A stretch of DNA of 64,000 bases from Candidatus Multivoradales bacterium (lineage in GTDB: Bacteria; Acidobacteriota; Thermoanaerobaculia; Multivoradales; J023): the NCBI GenBank assembly GCA_965248925.1, contig CBDFLE010000006.1:1472001-1536000 (forward strand), read 5' to 3'. Positions 51,764-61,224 of the stretch are shown here, one piece after another. The notes beneath the pieces were generated by a model that made no database searches, was not told the origin of the DNA, and saw nothing but the letters and a program-made list of their open reading frames with translations. A program made the translations under genes and the position numbers. Within the stretch, counting starts at the first letter, position 1, and each line of letters opens with the position of its first letter.

Positions 51764-52399
51764 TTGATGAACAAGTTGATGAACAAGCTGTCATTGCTGT
51801 CACTCGTCCTGCTGTTGCTGACCTCGGCCGGCTGCGCCAAGCGCGGCTGGGTCAGAGCTGAGGTCGCCCAGGTGCACCACCGAGTGGATGACGTCGAAGG
51901 TCAAATCGAAACCAACCAAGGCCGCATCAGCGCCCAAGAAGCCGCTCTCACCGAGGTCTCCAACGATGTCGAAGAGCTATCCTTGACCGCCCGCGAAGCC
52001 CTCGAGCGGGCCCTCGATGCCGGCAAGCTGGCCCAGGGCAAACTGCTCTATGAGGCAGTGCTGTCAAACGACAAAGTGCGCTTTGATTTCAACCAAGTCG
52101 ACCTCGGTCCGGAGGCCGCGGTGGCCCTAGATGCTTTCGCCGAGACCCTCAAAGGCTACGAGTCGCAGATTTACATCGAGATCCAAGGGCACACTTGCTC
52201 GGTCGGAGCTGCAGATCTCAATTTGCAACTCGGCCAGTCGCGCGCCGAAGCGGTGCGCCGCTACCTCAGCAGCCAGCACAACCTACCCCTGCACCGCATG
52301 TCGGTAATCTCCTACGGCGAAGCGGCGCCGATTGCCGACAACGACTCGACCGACGGCCGGATGCGCAACCGGCGGGTCAACTTGGTAGTGCTGCAATAG
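51764..52399 (+). CDS. OmpA-family lipoprotein
   Basis: SAGC lipobox; IQGHT, N..LGQSRAEAV, SYGE, NRRV. Confidence 0.9.
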   Translation: MMNKLMNKLSLLSLVLLLLTSAGCAKRGWVRAEVAQVHHRVDDVEGQIETNQGRISAQEAALTEVSNDVEELSLTAREALERALDAGKLAQGKLLYEAVLSNDKVRFDFNQVDLGPEAAVALDAFAETLKGYESQIYIEIQGHTCSVGAADLNLQLGQSRAEAVRRYLSSQHNLPLHRMSVISYGEAAPIADNDSTDGRMRNRRVNLVVLQ

Positions 52400-52457
52400 C
52401 CCTCGGCAGCCTCCGTCCGCGGTCCGCCCGCGATCGTCCGCGTGCTAGCATGCGGCC

Positions 52458-53267
52458 ATGCAGGTACCTGTGCCGAAGAAGGCTCCAGCAGCCGTTGAGC
52501 CCCCACCGGGGATCTGCCAGCAATGTGGCGGGACCGGTTGGAAAATAGTTGCAGATGGCGGCAACGGTACTGCTGTCGCTTGCGATTGCAGCAAGAGTCG
52601 GCGCGGGGTCGACCTCTTAGCTTTGGCGCAGATTCCCCAGCGTTACCAGCATTGCCGGCTGCGCAATTTCAAGACCGACTACTCGGAGTCGCAGCAGGCC
52701 AGCAGTCTGACACGGGCCCGAGAGGCGAGCGAACTCTACGTCCGCGACTTCGTCCCCGACGGCCGCGGTAGTACCACCGGAGGGTTAATCTACGTCGGCC
52801 CACCGGGAGTGGGCAAGACCCATCTGGCGGCCGCCGTGCTGCGCGAATTGGTGGAGCGCTACCGCGTGCGCGGCCGGTTCGCCGAGTTCACCGACCTGCT
52901 GCACCAGATCCAGGCGACCTTCAACAATTCTTCCCGGCGCACCCGCGAAGAGATCATGCGACCGGTGATCGACGCCGAGATTTTGGTGCTCGACGAGCTG
53001 GGCGCGCAGAAGCCCAGCCAGTGGGTGATGGATGTCCTCTACCTGATCATCAACACCCGCTACACCCGCAAGCTGCCGACCCTCTTCACCTCCAACTTCG
53101 ACCTACCTAGTACAGCTACCCACCAGCGCGACGGTAGCGCCAATCTCGACACCCGGATATCTGCCCTATTAGTCAGCCGGATTTTCGAGATGGCGCGCAA
53201 GGTCAAGGTGAGCGGCCTGGACTTCCGGCGCGAGGTCAAGCACTTTCAGAACTTGCCCGGCAAATGA
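52458..53267 (+). CDS. DnaC/IstB-like ATP-binding protein
   Basis: N-terminal CxxC...CxC; GPPGVGKTHL, LVLDELG, INTRY, TSN. Confidence 0.85.
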   Translation: MQVPVPKKAPAAVEPPPGICQQCGGTGWKIVADGGNGTAVACDCSKSRRGVDLLALAQIPQRYQHCRLRNFKTDYSESQQASSLTRAREASELYVRDFVPDGRGSTTGGLIYVGPPGVGKTHLAAAVLRELVERYRVRGRFAEFTDLLHQIQATFNNSSRRTREEIMRPVIDAEILVLDELGAQKPSQWVMDVLYLIINTRYTRKLPTLFTSNFDLPSTATHQRDGSANLDTRISALLVSRIFEMARKVKVSGLDFRREVKHFQNLPGK

Positions 53268-53296
53268 GCGGCCGGCGCTAGTAAGCAGAAACCGCC

Positions 53297-55561
53297 ATGC
53301 AAGCTGTCCGCCGAAAGAGCTACTTCGCCTGGCTCGCGATGCTGCTGTGGCTGCAAGTCGCGCTGCTGGTCACCGGCCCCCAAACTCGGCTCGGCGCCCA
53401 ACAGACGGCTGCCACTCCGCCAGCCCCGGCTCCGACGCTGCGCCCCCCGGTTGCCACCCCGCCAAGCCCAACCCCCGCCCTCAATCAGCGACCGCGGCGA
53501 GACGACGAGGGGCGCTTGCTGGTCCGCATCGGCTTGGCCACCGACCTGGAGCAATTGGAGCTGCCCTGCTGCCGCTATCCTTGGGTTCTGCAAACCGCCC
53601 ATGGCGAGCCGATCTCGGAACCGCGCCAGAGGCTGCTGATCCACCCTGGCGGCAGGCTTGCCGAGCGGGCCATCTACCGCTTGCAGGTGACCGCCCTCAA
53701 GGACGAGTTGCAGGCTCGCGGCGTTGCCACCAAACTCAGCGACAGCACTGGCTTGCCAGCCGAAGCGGTGTTCGACGCCGGCACCGATCTCTATCGCGTC
53801 CGGGTGGGTCGTTTCGCCGACCGAGCGGCGGCCGAGCAAGCGCGGGGCGGGCTCGAGGCCCTGGGAGTGGTCGGCGCCTGGATCGCCACCGAGGGCGGCC
53901 GCTTGGAGAATCCCACTCTGCGCCTGGTCGAAGGCAGCGAACAACGCCAAGTGTGGGGCCGTTGGCTGAGCATCGTTCCCGGCGCTGGCCGCGAGCTCAT
54001 CGACCTCGACCGCCGGGGCCGCTTCCGGGGCCGGGTATTGGTTTTCCTCAACGAGCGAGGTGGCCTAAATCTGATCAACGAACTTCCGCTCGAAGACTAT
54101 CTTCGCGGCGTAGTACCGAAAGAGATGGGGCCCGAACTTTACAACCAGCTCGAGGCGCTAAAAGCGTTAGCGGTGGCAGCCCGAACCTACACCTTGCGCA
54201 ACTTGAACGGCTTCGCCAACGAGGGATACGACCTTTGTTCCTCGCCTCGCTGCCAGGTCTACGGCGGCGCTCGAGTCGAGCATCCGACCTCCGACCGCGC
54301 GGTAGAAGAAACCGCCGGCCAGGTGGTGTTGTATGGCGAGCATCTGGCCGAGACCTTCTACAGCTCCACCTGCGGCGGCCACACCGAGAATGTTGAAGTC
54401 GTATTCCCCCTCAAACGGGGCGGCCATCTCCGAGGAGTGCCCTGCCTGGAAGAGGGAGTTCGCACCCTGGCCGGCAATAGCCGCGTTGGCGAGCGCTTCC
54501 CCGACGGCCTGATGGGTCAGCTGCTACCGCCGGCAGATGGCCCCCGGCAGCGCCAGCTCTCAGGCCGCTTGGAACAGTTGGCCCGGCTCGCCAACCTGCC
54601 GGTCCCACACGACCAGCTAGCCACCCTCGACCGGAGCGAGCTGCGCCGCTTCCTGGGTTCAGTATTCGATCTCGCCCTCGACCCGCGCTGGTTACAAGGG
54701 CGCGAGACTGTCGAAAGACTGCTCGCTCACCCACCGGTTAGCTGGCCCTCCAGCGACCGCCGCTTCGTCGAGTATTTGCTCCACAGCGGCCTCTACGATT
54801 CGCCCGCGAGCGGTGAACTCAGCAGCGGCCAGGTCGAGACCTTGCTGTACCGGCTAGCCCACTACTTCGGAGTGTTGGAACGGCAGCCAGCCAGCTTTCT
54901 GACGCTCGAAGACGGCGCCCTCGAAGTGCGCTCCGGGGAGAGCTTTCAGCGCTTCGAGCTGCCGACCAGACTGGCGACCTTTGGCACCAGCAAGAGCGGC
55001 GGGCTACGCGCCGGGCCGCTCGCCTTGATGGCCGGCGACAAGGTAGACCTATATTTTTATCGCCATCAGCTGGTGGCCATCAGCCAGGCTGTTGCTCCTT
55101 CGCGGGTCGTCCTCGGCAAACGGCGACCGGTGGGTAGCTGGCGCCATTTCCGCTCCCGCACCCAGCTGCGCGAGTTAGTCCAGACCCGCTACCCGACCTT
55201 CCCCTTCGCCAGCTTTGAAGTCCTCGAACGGGGAGTCTCTGGCCGGGTTGGCAAGCTTCTGCTGGTGGGGGACGACGGCCGTCAACTGACCATCGAAGGC
55301 TTGCCGGTGCGCTGGACCTTCGATCTACCCGACACCCGCTTCACCCATCGCGTCGCTTCGCGCCGCGACGGCGAAAGCGGTTGGATGTTCTCCGGTTCCG
55401 GCTGGGGTCACGGCGTCGGCATGTGCCAGACTGGCTCCTTCGGCATGGCCATGCGCGGCCACAGTTACCGCGACATCCTCAGCCACTACTACACCGGCAT
55501 TCAATTCGGCCGACTGAAATCACCGCCCGATCGCCAAACACAAGTGGCCAACTCGGGCTGA
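53297..55561 (+). CDS. SpoIID/LytB-domain protein with SPOR domain
   Basis: YRVRVGRF (SPOR); LEDYLRGVVPKEM, AVAARTY, CQVY, GWGHGVGMCQ. Confidence 0.9.
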   Translation: MQAVRRKSYFAWLAMLLWLQVALLVTGPQTRLGAQQTAATPPAPAPTLRPPVATPPSPTPALNQRPRRDDEGRLLVRIGLATDLEQLELPCCRYPWVLQTAHGEPISEPRQRLLIHPGGRLAERAIYRLQVTALKDELQARGVATKLSDSTGLPAEAVFDAGTDLYRVRVGRFADRAAAEQARGGLEALGVVGAWIATEGGRLENPTLRLVEGSEQRQVWGRWLSIVPGAGRELIDLDRRGRFRGRVLVFLNERGGLNLINELPLEDYLRGVVPKEMGPELYNQLEALKALAVAARTYTLRNLNGFANEGYDLCSSPRCQVYGGARVEHPTSDRAVEETAGQVVLYGEHLAETFYSSTCGGHTENVEVVFPLKRGGHLRGVPCLEEGVRTLAGNSRVGERFPDGLMGQLLPPADGPRQRQLSGRLEQLARLANLPVPHDQLATLDRSELRRFLGSVFDLALDPRWLQGRETVERLLAHPPVSWPSSDRRFVEYLLHSGLYDSPASGELSSGQVETLLYRLAHYFGVLERQPASFLTLEDGALEVRSGESFQRFELPTRLATFGTSKSGGLRAGPLALMAGDKVDLYFYRHQLVAISQAVAPSRVVLGKRRPVGSWRHFRSRTQLRELVQTRYPTFPFASFEVLERGVSGRVGKLLLVGDDGRQLTIEGLPVRWTFDLPDTRFTHRVASRRDGESGWMFSGSGWGHGVGMCQTGSFGMAMRGHSYRDILSHYYTGIQFGRLKSPPDRQTQVANSG

Positions 55562-55700
55562 GAGTCCCCGCGCTGGCAGCCGCCATCACCCCATTCGGGA
55601 TCAGCATTCGAATTCCATCGAACCCGAGGGGAAGGGGAAAGACGCAGAGAGATTAAATCTAATAGGCACGGCACGGGTCTGAGATGACAAGATCCACGGC

Positions 55701-58304
55701 ATGTGTCTTGGACCTTGGCATAGCAGTCCGTCGGAGCTGGCTCCGAAGCTCCAGTCTGGGATTTCGATTCCTATCCGGCGCAGCGGCGAGACCTTCTGGC
55801 GCACCGCCGCCGCGGTGCTCGCACATGGTGAGCCGGGCAAGCTCGACGCCCTCATCCAGGGTCCGCTACGGGCGGCTGTCGCCCTGCGCTGGCAGCCGAA
55901 GAGTGGCCTCCTGCACGCAACCTGCACCTGCTCTTTCTTCACCCAATGGCGGGGGATCTGCGCCCACATCTGGGCAACGATCTTAGCAGCGGACGAGTCC
56001 TACAATTTCGGCGGCAGCTACACCAGCGACAGCTGGATTGATTCCCCAAGACAAGCGCTGCGACTGGCTCCAGGTTTCGAGACTCCGGCCGATCGGTGGA
56101 ATTCCCTGGCTTCCTCAGACTCCACTGCCTGGCGGAAGCGCCTGAAGGACTTTGGCAGCTCGCTGCTAGAGCAGCTTCCCCGCCCTGAAGAGAAGACCTG
56201 GCCCGAGCAGCGGCGGATCTTCTACCTCCTAGACCTCGAGCGATCCAACCAACAAGATGCCGTGGTCGTCCAGCTGGGCTACCGGACTCCTCAACCCAAC
56301 GGCGAGCTCGGTCTACTAGAGCTGAGAGTGCCCGAGGCAACGTCCGTGGGCCAGCTACCGGATCCAGAGGATCGTCTGCTGCTGGCGATGATCAGCGGCT
56401 CTTCAACGGAGGTTGGTTTCTCGGGACGGTTCACCCACTCCGCGGGCTCGCTAGAGAGCTTCTCAGTTCCCACGGTGATCCAAGCTGAGTGGTTGAAGGG
56501 AGCTGCTGACACTGGCCGCTTGCTAACGTTCGAGAGCGACTGCCAGGACGCCAAGCCGCTGTGCTGGGATCCGAGCGAAGCCTGGCGGATGGAAGTGAGA
56601 GTCGAGGAGCGGAGCAGTGATCTTCGACTCGCGGGCTACCTCGTTCGACACGATCAGGTACTGCCTCTGACCCAACCGGAGCTGCTGATCTCGACCGGGC
56701 TGGTCGGCGACCGGGGTCAGATCGCTCTGTTGGAGCGAGGCAAGAACTCTCCCTGGGTCCGCTTCCTCCGCCAACAGGGGGAGTTGCTGATCCCGGCTGA
56801 GCAGAGGCACCTGCTGGTCGAGCAGCTGCTCGGTCTGCCCGAACCGCCGGCGATCCAACTACCCGAGGATCTCGACCTCGAAGAGGCTCTCGGTGTCCCT
56901 CAGCCGCGGCTCGACCTCTTCGCCTCTTTCTCCCGATCGACGAGGAGAACCAATATTTTCGGTTTGTTGATCTTCGACTACGGTGACCAGCAGGTGACCT
57001 GGCGCGACCACCACAGGGCCATCCTCCAAACCGAGCCCCGGCGAATTTTGCGCCGCGACGCCGCAGCCGAGAACGAGTTCTTGGAGCGCCTCAAGGAGCT
57101 TGGAGCAAAGCCCGGGAGAGCTCGCCTCGACTACCGCGATCGGTACAACATTCGCGTCTACGAATTCTTCCTGCAAGAGCTGGAGGAGACGCTGTGCAGC
57201 GAAGGCTGGGTAATCAGGTTTGTCTCTGGACCCTACCGGACGAAGAGTTCGCTGAGCTTGCAAGCCACCAACCACTCGACTGGCTTCGAGCTGCGCGGCA
57301 CGGTCAGTTTCGACGATCAAGTGGCAAACTTGCCCGAACTCTTGCAAGCCCTCCAATGCCACAGGAGTTTTCTGCACTTCGATGATAGAAGCATTGGCCT
57401 GATACCCAAGGAGTGGCCCACGAAGTTCTGCCCGCTGGTAGAGGTCGGAAACCTCTACCAGCGCTGCATGCGTTACGACCGCAGCCAGCTGGGTCTGCTG
57501 GTTGGGCTACTCAGTATCGTGCCGGACATCGAGATCGACCAGAGCTTGAATGAGGCTCATCAAGAGTTCGCCAGGCCTTCCCAGGCTCAGGCCGGCCAGA
57601 TTCCAGAATCTCTCCAAGCAGCATTGAGCGAGGAGCAGAAGGAAGGTCTGGGTTGGCTGCAAGGCCTGTGCTCCTCGGGCTATGGTGGCTGTCTGATCGA
57701 GGACGATGCTGGAAGTAGAAAGGAACAAATCCTCGCCCTGCTGGAGGAGCGGCGTCAGTCTCTCGATAGCTCAACAGAGCGCCACAGGCAGCCGCCGAGG
57801 CCCTCGCTGATCGTCGTGCCCAAGTCTCTACTCTCCACCTGGCATCGCGAGATCGGCCGATTGATCCCCGAGGTTTTGCTGCTGACCTATGCCGGGCCTC
57901 GCCAGCATCGGCGGCGGCACCAGTTGGGGGTGTACGACATCGTGCTCACTACCTACCCCATCTTGCGGCAGGAGATCTCCCGCTTTGAGGAAATGAGATT
58001 CGACTACCTTGTGCTCGACGAGGCACAGGCGATCAAGAAGCACCAATCAGTCACCACCGAGACCTGCCGTGCGGTTCCAGCTCGCCACCGAGTGGCCCTA
58101 CTTGGAAAGTCAGACGCTGATCGGCTGAGCGGTTTGCTGAGCATTCTCGACTTCCTCAACCCGGGCTTATTCGGCTCAGACAAGCGGGAGCGAATACCCC
58201 GGGGAATCCGCGTCAGCCGGCTCAGCGACCTGACCTCTGGAAGGGACTCAGAGCAGGCTCTCTGGGCCAACCTTCTCAAGCCCTTTATCCACCAAGCCAA
58301 GTAA
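55701..58304 (+). CDS. SWIM zinc finger plus degenerate SNF2 N-lobe protein (paralog 1)
   Basis: CTC...CAHIWA; LIVVPKSL, LTTY, LVLDEAQAIK, LDFLNPG; ends LKPFI with no helicase C domain. Confidence 0.8.
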   Translation: MCLGPWHSSPSELAPKLQSGISIPIRRSGETFWRTAAAVLAHGEPGKLDALIQGPLRAAVALRWQPKSGLLHATCTCSFFTQWRGICAHIWATILAADESYNFGGSYTSDSWIDSPRQALRLAPGFETPADRWNSLASSDSTAWRKRLKDFGSSLLEQLPRPEEKTWPEQRRIFYLLDLERSNQQDAVVVQLGYRTPQPNGELGLLELRVPEATSVGQLPDPEDRLLLAMISGSSTEVGFSGRFTHSAGSLESFSVPTVIQAEWLKGAADTGRLLTFESDCQDAKPLCWDPSEAWRMEVRVEERSSDLRLAGYLVRHDQVLPLTQPELLISTGLVGDRGQIALLERGKNSPWVRFLRQQGELLIPAEQRHLLVEQLLGLPEPPAIQLPEDLDLEEALGVPQPRLDLFASFSRSTRRTNIFGLLIFDYGDQQVTWRDHHRAILQTEPRRILRRDAAAENEFLERLKELGAKPGRARLDYRDRYNIRVYEFFLQELEETLCSEGWVIRFVSGPYRTKSSLSLQATNHSTGFELRGTVSFDDQVANLPELLQALQCHRSFLHFDDRSIGLIPKEWPTKFCPLVEVGNLYQRCMRYDRSQLGLLVGLLSIVPDIEIDQSLNEAHQEFARPSQAQAGQIPESLQAALSEEQKEGLGWLQGLCSSGYGGCLIEDDAGSRKEQILALLEERRQSLDSSTERHRQPPRPSLIVVPKSLLSTWHREIGRLIPEVLLLTYAGPRQHRRRHQLGVYDIVLTTYPILRQEISRFEEMRFDYLVLDEAQAIKKHQSVTTETCRAVPARHRVALLGKSDADRLSGLLSILDFLNPGLFGSDKRERIPRGIRVSRLSDLTSGRDSEQALWANLLKPFIHQAK

Positions 58305-58413
58305 CAGGGATAACAATTTCGCTGCTGCTATTCGGCGAAGGGGAAAAAAGTCTGATTTAGAGCATTCACCTCAGATGGCAGCGGCAGCAGCAGCAGCAGC
58401 AGCAGGTAAGAAT

Positions 58414-61038
58414 ATGAGCAGCAGCAGGTTCGACTCGAAACCGCACCAGCTCCCGAAGCTGGCCCCATTGCTTCAAATCCAGATCCCGAGAGCCACTCAG
58501 CGGCGCGGAGAGAGCTTCTGGCGCTCAGCGGGGGCAATCCTCGTTGACCGGGCTCCGGGGCAGGTCGGTGCGGTTGTCTACGCCGTCGAGAGCTGCGCGG
58601 TTGCCTTGCGCTGGCGGCCGGAGAGCGGTCTCCTCGAAGGTACATGCACCTGTGCCAACTTCGCCCGACAAGGAGAGATCTGCGCCCATATCTGGGCAAC
58701 GATTCTGGCAGCGGACGAGACGGGGAGCTTCGAAGAGTGGTTCGACACCCACGATGGCCCGGAGTCCGACGGTCTTGAGCCGCTCCTGAAGGCGGGCGGA
58801 GAGCCACCCACAGATCTTCAGGACCTCTTATCCTCTTCCGCTTCCGCCAGATGGCAAAATCACCTGATGGACTTTCGCTTCTCGCTACCCCAAGCCAAAG
58901 CAAAGAGAAGAGCCTGGCCTGATGAGCGGCAGCTTTTCTACTTGTTAGATCTCGAACGGTCGAATCAGCACGACGCGGTAATCATCCAGCTCGCGTATCG
59001 GACTCGCCAAGAGGATGGCGAGTGGGGCTCGCTCGAGTCAAGCGTAGCAGAACGCGAGACTATCGGCCGGCTAGCGGACGCTACGGATTGTTTACTCTTA
59101 GCGATGATTGCCGGCGCCTCGGCGCAACTCGGACACCGTGGGCACTTCAGCACCTCGAAGTCTAAGGGCTCTCCGGAGAGGCTGTTGGTTCCCGCGGCGG
59201 TCCAGGCCGAGTGGTTGCAACAAGCTGCGGAGACCAGACGCCTGCTGTGCTTCACCACCGAATGGCAGGACGCCGAGCCGCTGAGCTGGGATCCTGAGCA
59301 TGCCTGGCGGCTGGAAGTGAGGGTAGAGGACCAAGGAAGCGCGCTGCTCCTCGCGGGCTTCTTGGTGGGGCACGCTCAGCTATTACCGCTCAGTACACCG
59401 GAGCTACTGACCACCTCCGGACTGATGGTTCTTCGTCGCCAAGCGACCTTCGTGGAGCAAGGCAAGGGTTCGGTCTGGATCAAATTCCTGCGCCAACAAG
59501 AGGAACTGTACGTTCCGGCCGAGCAGAGGTACCAGCTGATCGAAGCGTTGGAAAACCTACCGCCGCCGCCGGCCCTCCATCTACCTGAGGATCTACGCCT
59601 CGATCAGATCCTGGGAACTCCCCAACCCCAGCTGGTGATAGTCGACTCCGACCAGCCTTGGGGGAAAGAGACCTTCAACTCCTGGCTGGAGTTTCACTAC
59701 GGCGAAAGGTTCATCAGATGGCGCTCCCAACAGCGGGGCATGGTGCAGGGCGAGCCACCCCGGGTTGTGCTGCGCGACCTCGAGGCAGAAGCGGGTTTCG
59801 TCCGCCGTCTGCAAGATCTTGGAATAGGAGGCCTGCGAAACGCTGACAAGTACTTGGGACTGTTTTCCCTGCCGCGGGCCGCTACTCGACTGCTGACGCT
59901 GATCGATACGCTGGCCAGCGAAGGCTGGTCGCTCAGCTTCTCCGGCGACCACCAGCTGGGTAGCTCCTTGAGCTTGCAGATCGCTGCCAGCTCAAGCGGC
60001 GGTTTCGAGCTGCGGGGTACGGCCAGCTTCGGCAGCAACAAGTCCGTCGAGTTGCCAGAGCTGCTACAAACCCTCGGTGAGGGCAAAAGATTTGTACCCG
60101 TCGATGCGAAAACCCGTGGCGTGGTACCCGTAGACTGGCTCACCAAGCTCGGCCCGCTGGCCGGGATAGGAGAGGTCGACGGGCATCGCCTGAGATTCGA
60201 CAATAACCAACTGGGACTGCTCGACGCTCTCCTCTCTCTCGAACTCGGGATCGAGCTTGACGAAGCCCTCCTGCGGGCACATCAGCGCTTCGTCAAGCTC
60301 GGCCAGGCCCAGCCGAGTCCAGTACCCGAAACCGCTGAAGCTTGCTTGCGCGAAGAGCAGGAGCAATGCCTGGGCTGGCTGCATGGCTTACGCTCAGCAG
60401 GCTTTGGCGCCTGTTTGATCGAGGACGTTGGGGAAAGCGGCAAGGCGCAGATTCTGGCTCTACTGGAAGCCCGCCGGCAAGTAAGAGGCAACTCGTCAAG
60501 ATCAAAAAAGCAGCAGCCTGGCCCTTCGCTAGTCGTTGTTCCCAAGGCCCTCCTCGCAAGCTGGAGTAACCAGATCGGCCTGTTCACCCCGCAGATGCGA
60601 GTGCTGACCTACACTGAGCCACCTCAGCGCCGGTTGCAGCACCTCCAGCAAAGTTGCTTGGCAGACCACGACCTCCTGCTCACCACCTATCCCATCCTAC
60701 GCTCGGATATCTCCCAACTGGCCAGGGTGGAATTCGACTACGTGGTGCTCGACCAAGCACAGGCCATCAAGAGTGCCGGATCGGCGACCACTCGGGCCTG
60801 CCACTCGCTGACCGCCCGCCACCGCTTGGCCCTACTCGACACCCAGGCCACAGAGCGGTTGGACAACTTGCTGGGAGTTCTCGACTTTCTCAATCCTGGC
60901 CTCTTCGGCCCCGACCGGTGGCTGAAACTGCCCAAGGCAATCCGCACCGGGCGTCTCCCCAACCCAGCCACCGCCGAGCCCCAGCTCGCTCTCATCGCCA
61001 GTTTGATCCGTCCCTTCATCCGCTGGGCCGCGGGATAG
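58414..61038 (+). CDS. SWIM zinc finger plus degenerate SNF2 N-lobe protein (paralog 2)
   Basis: Collinear with paralog 1; DQAQ in place of DEAQ; alternative start 58375. Confidence 0.8.
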   Translation: MSSSRFDSKPHQLPKLAPLLQIQIPRATQRRGESFWRSAGAILVDRAPGQVGAVVYAVESCAVALRWRPESGLLEGTCTCANFARQGEICAHIWATILAADETGSFEEWFDTHDGPESDGLEPLLKAGGEPPTDLQDLLSSSASARWQNHLMDFRFSLPQAKAKRRAWPDERQLFYLLDLERSNQHDAVIIQLAYRTRQEDGEWGSLESSVAERETIGRLADATDCLLLAMIAGASAQLGHRGHFSTSKSKGSPERLLVPAAVQAEWLQQAAETRRLLCFTTEWQDAEPLSWDPEHAWRLEVRVEDQGSALLLAGFLVGHAQLLPLSTPELLTTSGLMVLRRQATFVEQGKGSVWIKFLRQQEELYVPAEQRYQLIEALENLPPPPALHLPEDLRLDQILGTPQPQLVIVDSDQPWGKETFNSWLEFHYGERFIRWRSQQRGMVQGEPPRVVLRDLEAEAGFVRRLQDLGIGGLRNADKYLGLFSLPRAATRLLTLIDTLASEGWSLSFSGDHQLGSSLSLQIAASSSGGFELRGTASFGSNKSVELPELLQTLGEGKRFVPVDAKTRGVVPVDWLTKLGPLAGIGEVDGHRLRFDNNQLGLLDALLSLELGIELDEALLRAHQRFVKLGQAQPSPVPETAEACLREEQEQCLGWLHGLRSAGFGACLIEDVGESGKAQILALLEARRQVRGNSSRSKKQQPGPSLVVVPKALLASWSNQIGLFTPQMRVLTYTEPPQRRLQHLQQSCLADHDLLLTTYPILRSDISQLARVEFDYVVLDQAQAIKSAGSATTRACHSLTARHRLALLDTQATERLDNLLGVLDFLNPGLFGPDRWLKLPKAIRTGRLPNPATAEPQLALIASLIRPFIRWAAG

Positions 61039-61224
61039 GGCTAGGTGAATCACTACCCTTGCAATCTGCCGGTCGCACTTTTCATATTGCAAGAAATACA
61101 GAGGTACTTCAGCAGCTGACCACAGCTCTCTGGAACTCACAATCCACTGACAACAAAGGTCTTTTGTAGAGGCGCATGGCGTGCGCCCCTACACAGTCCT
61201 GCGAGCCGACACGCTGGCAACCAC

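Noticed and set aside
52458-53267. IS21 istB or prophage replication gene
   Set aside because: No istA, TIRs or phage genes nearby.
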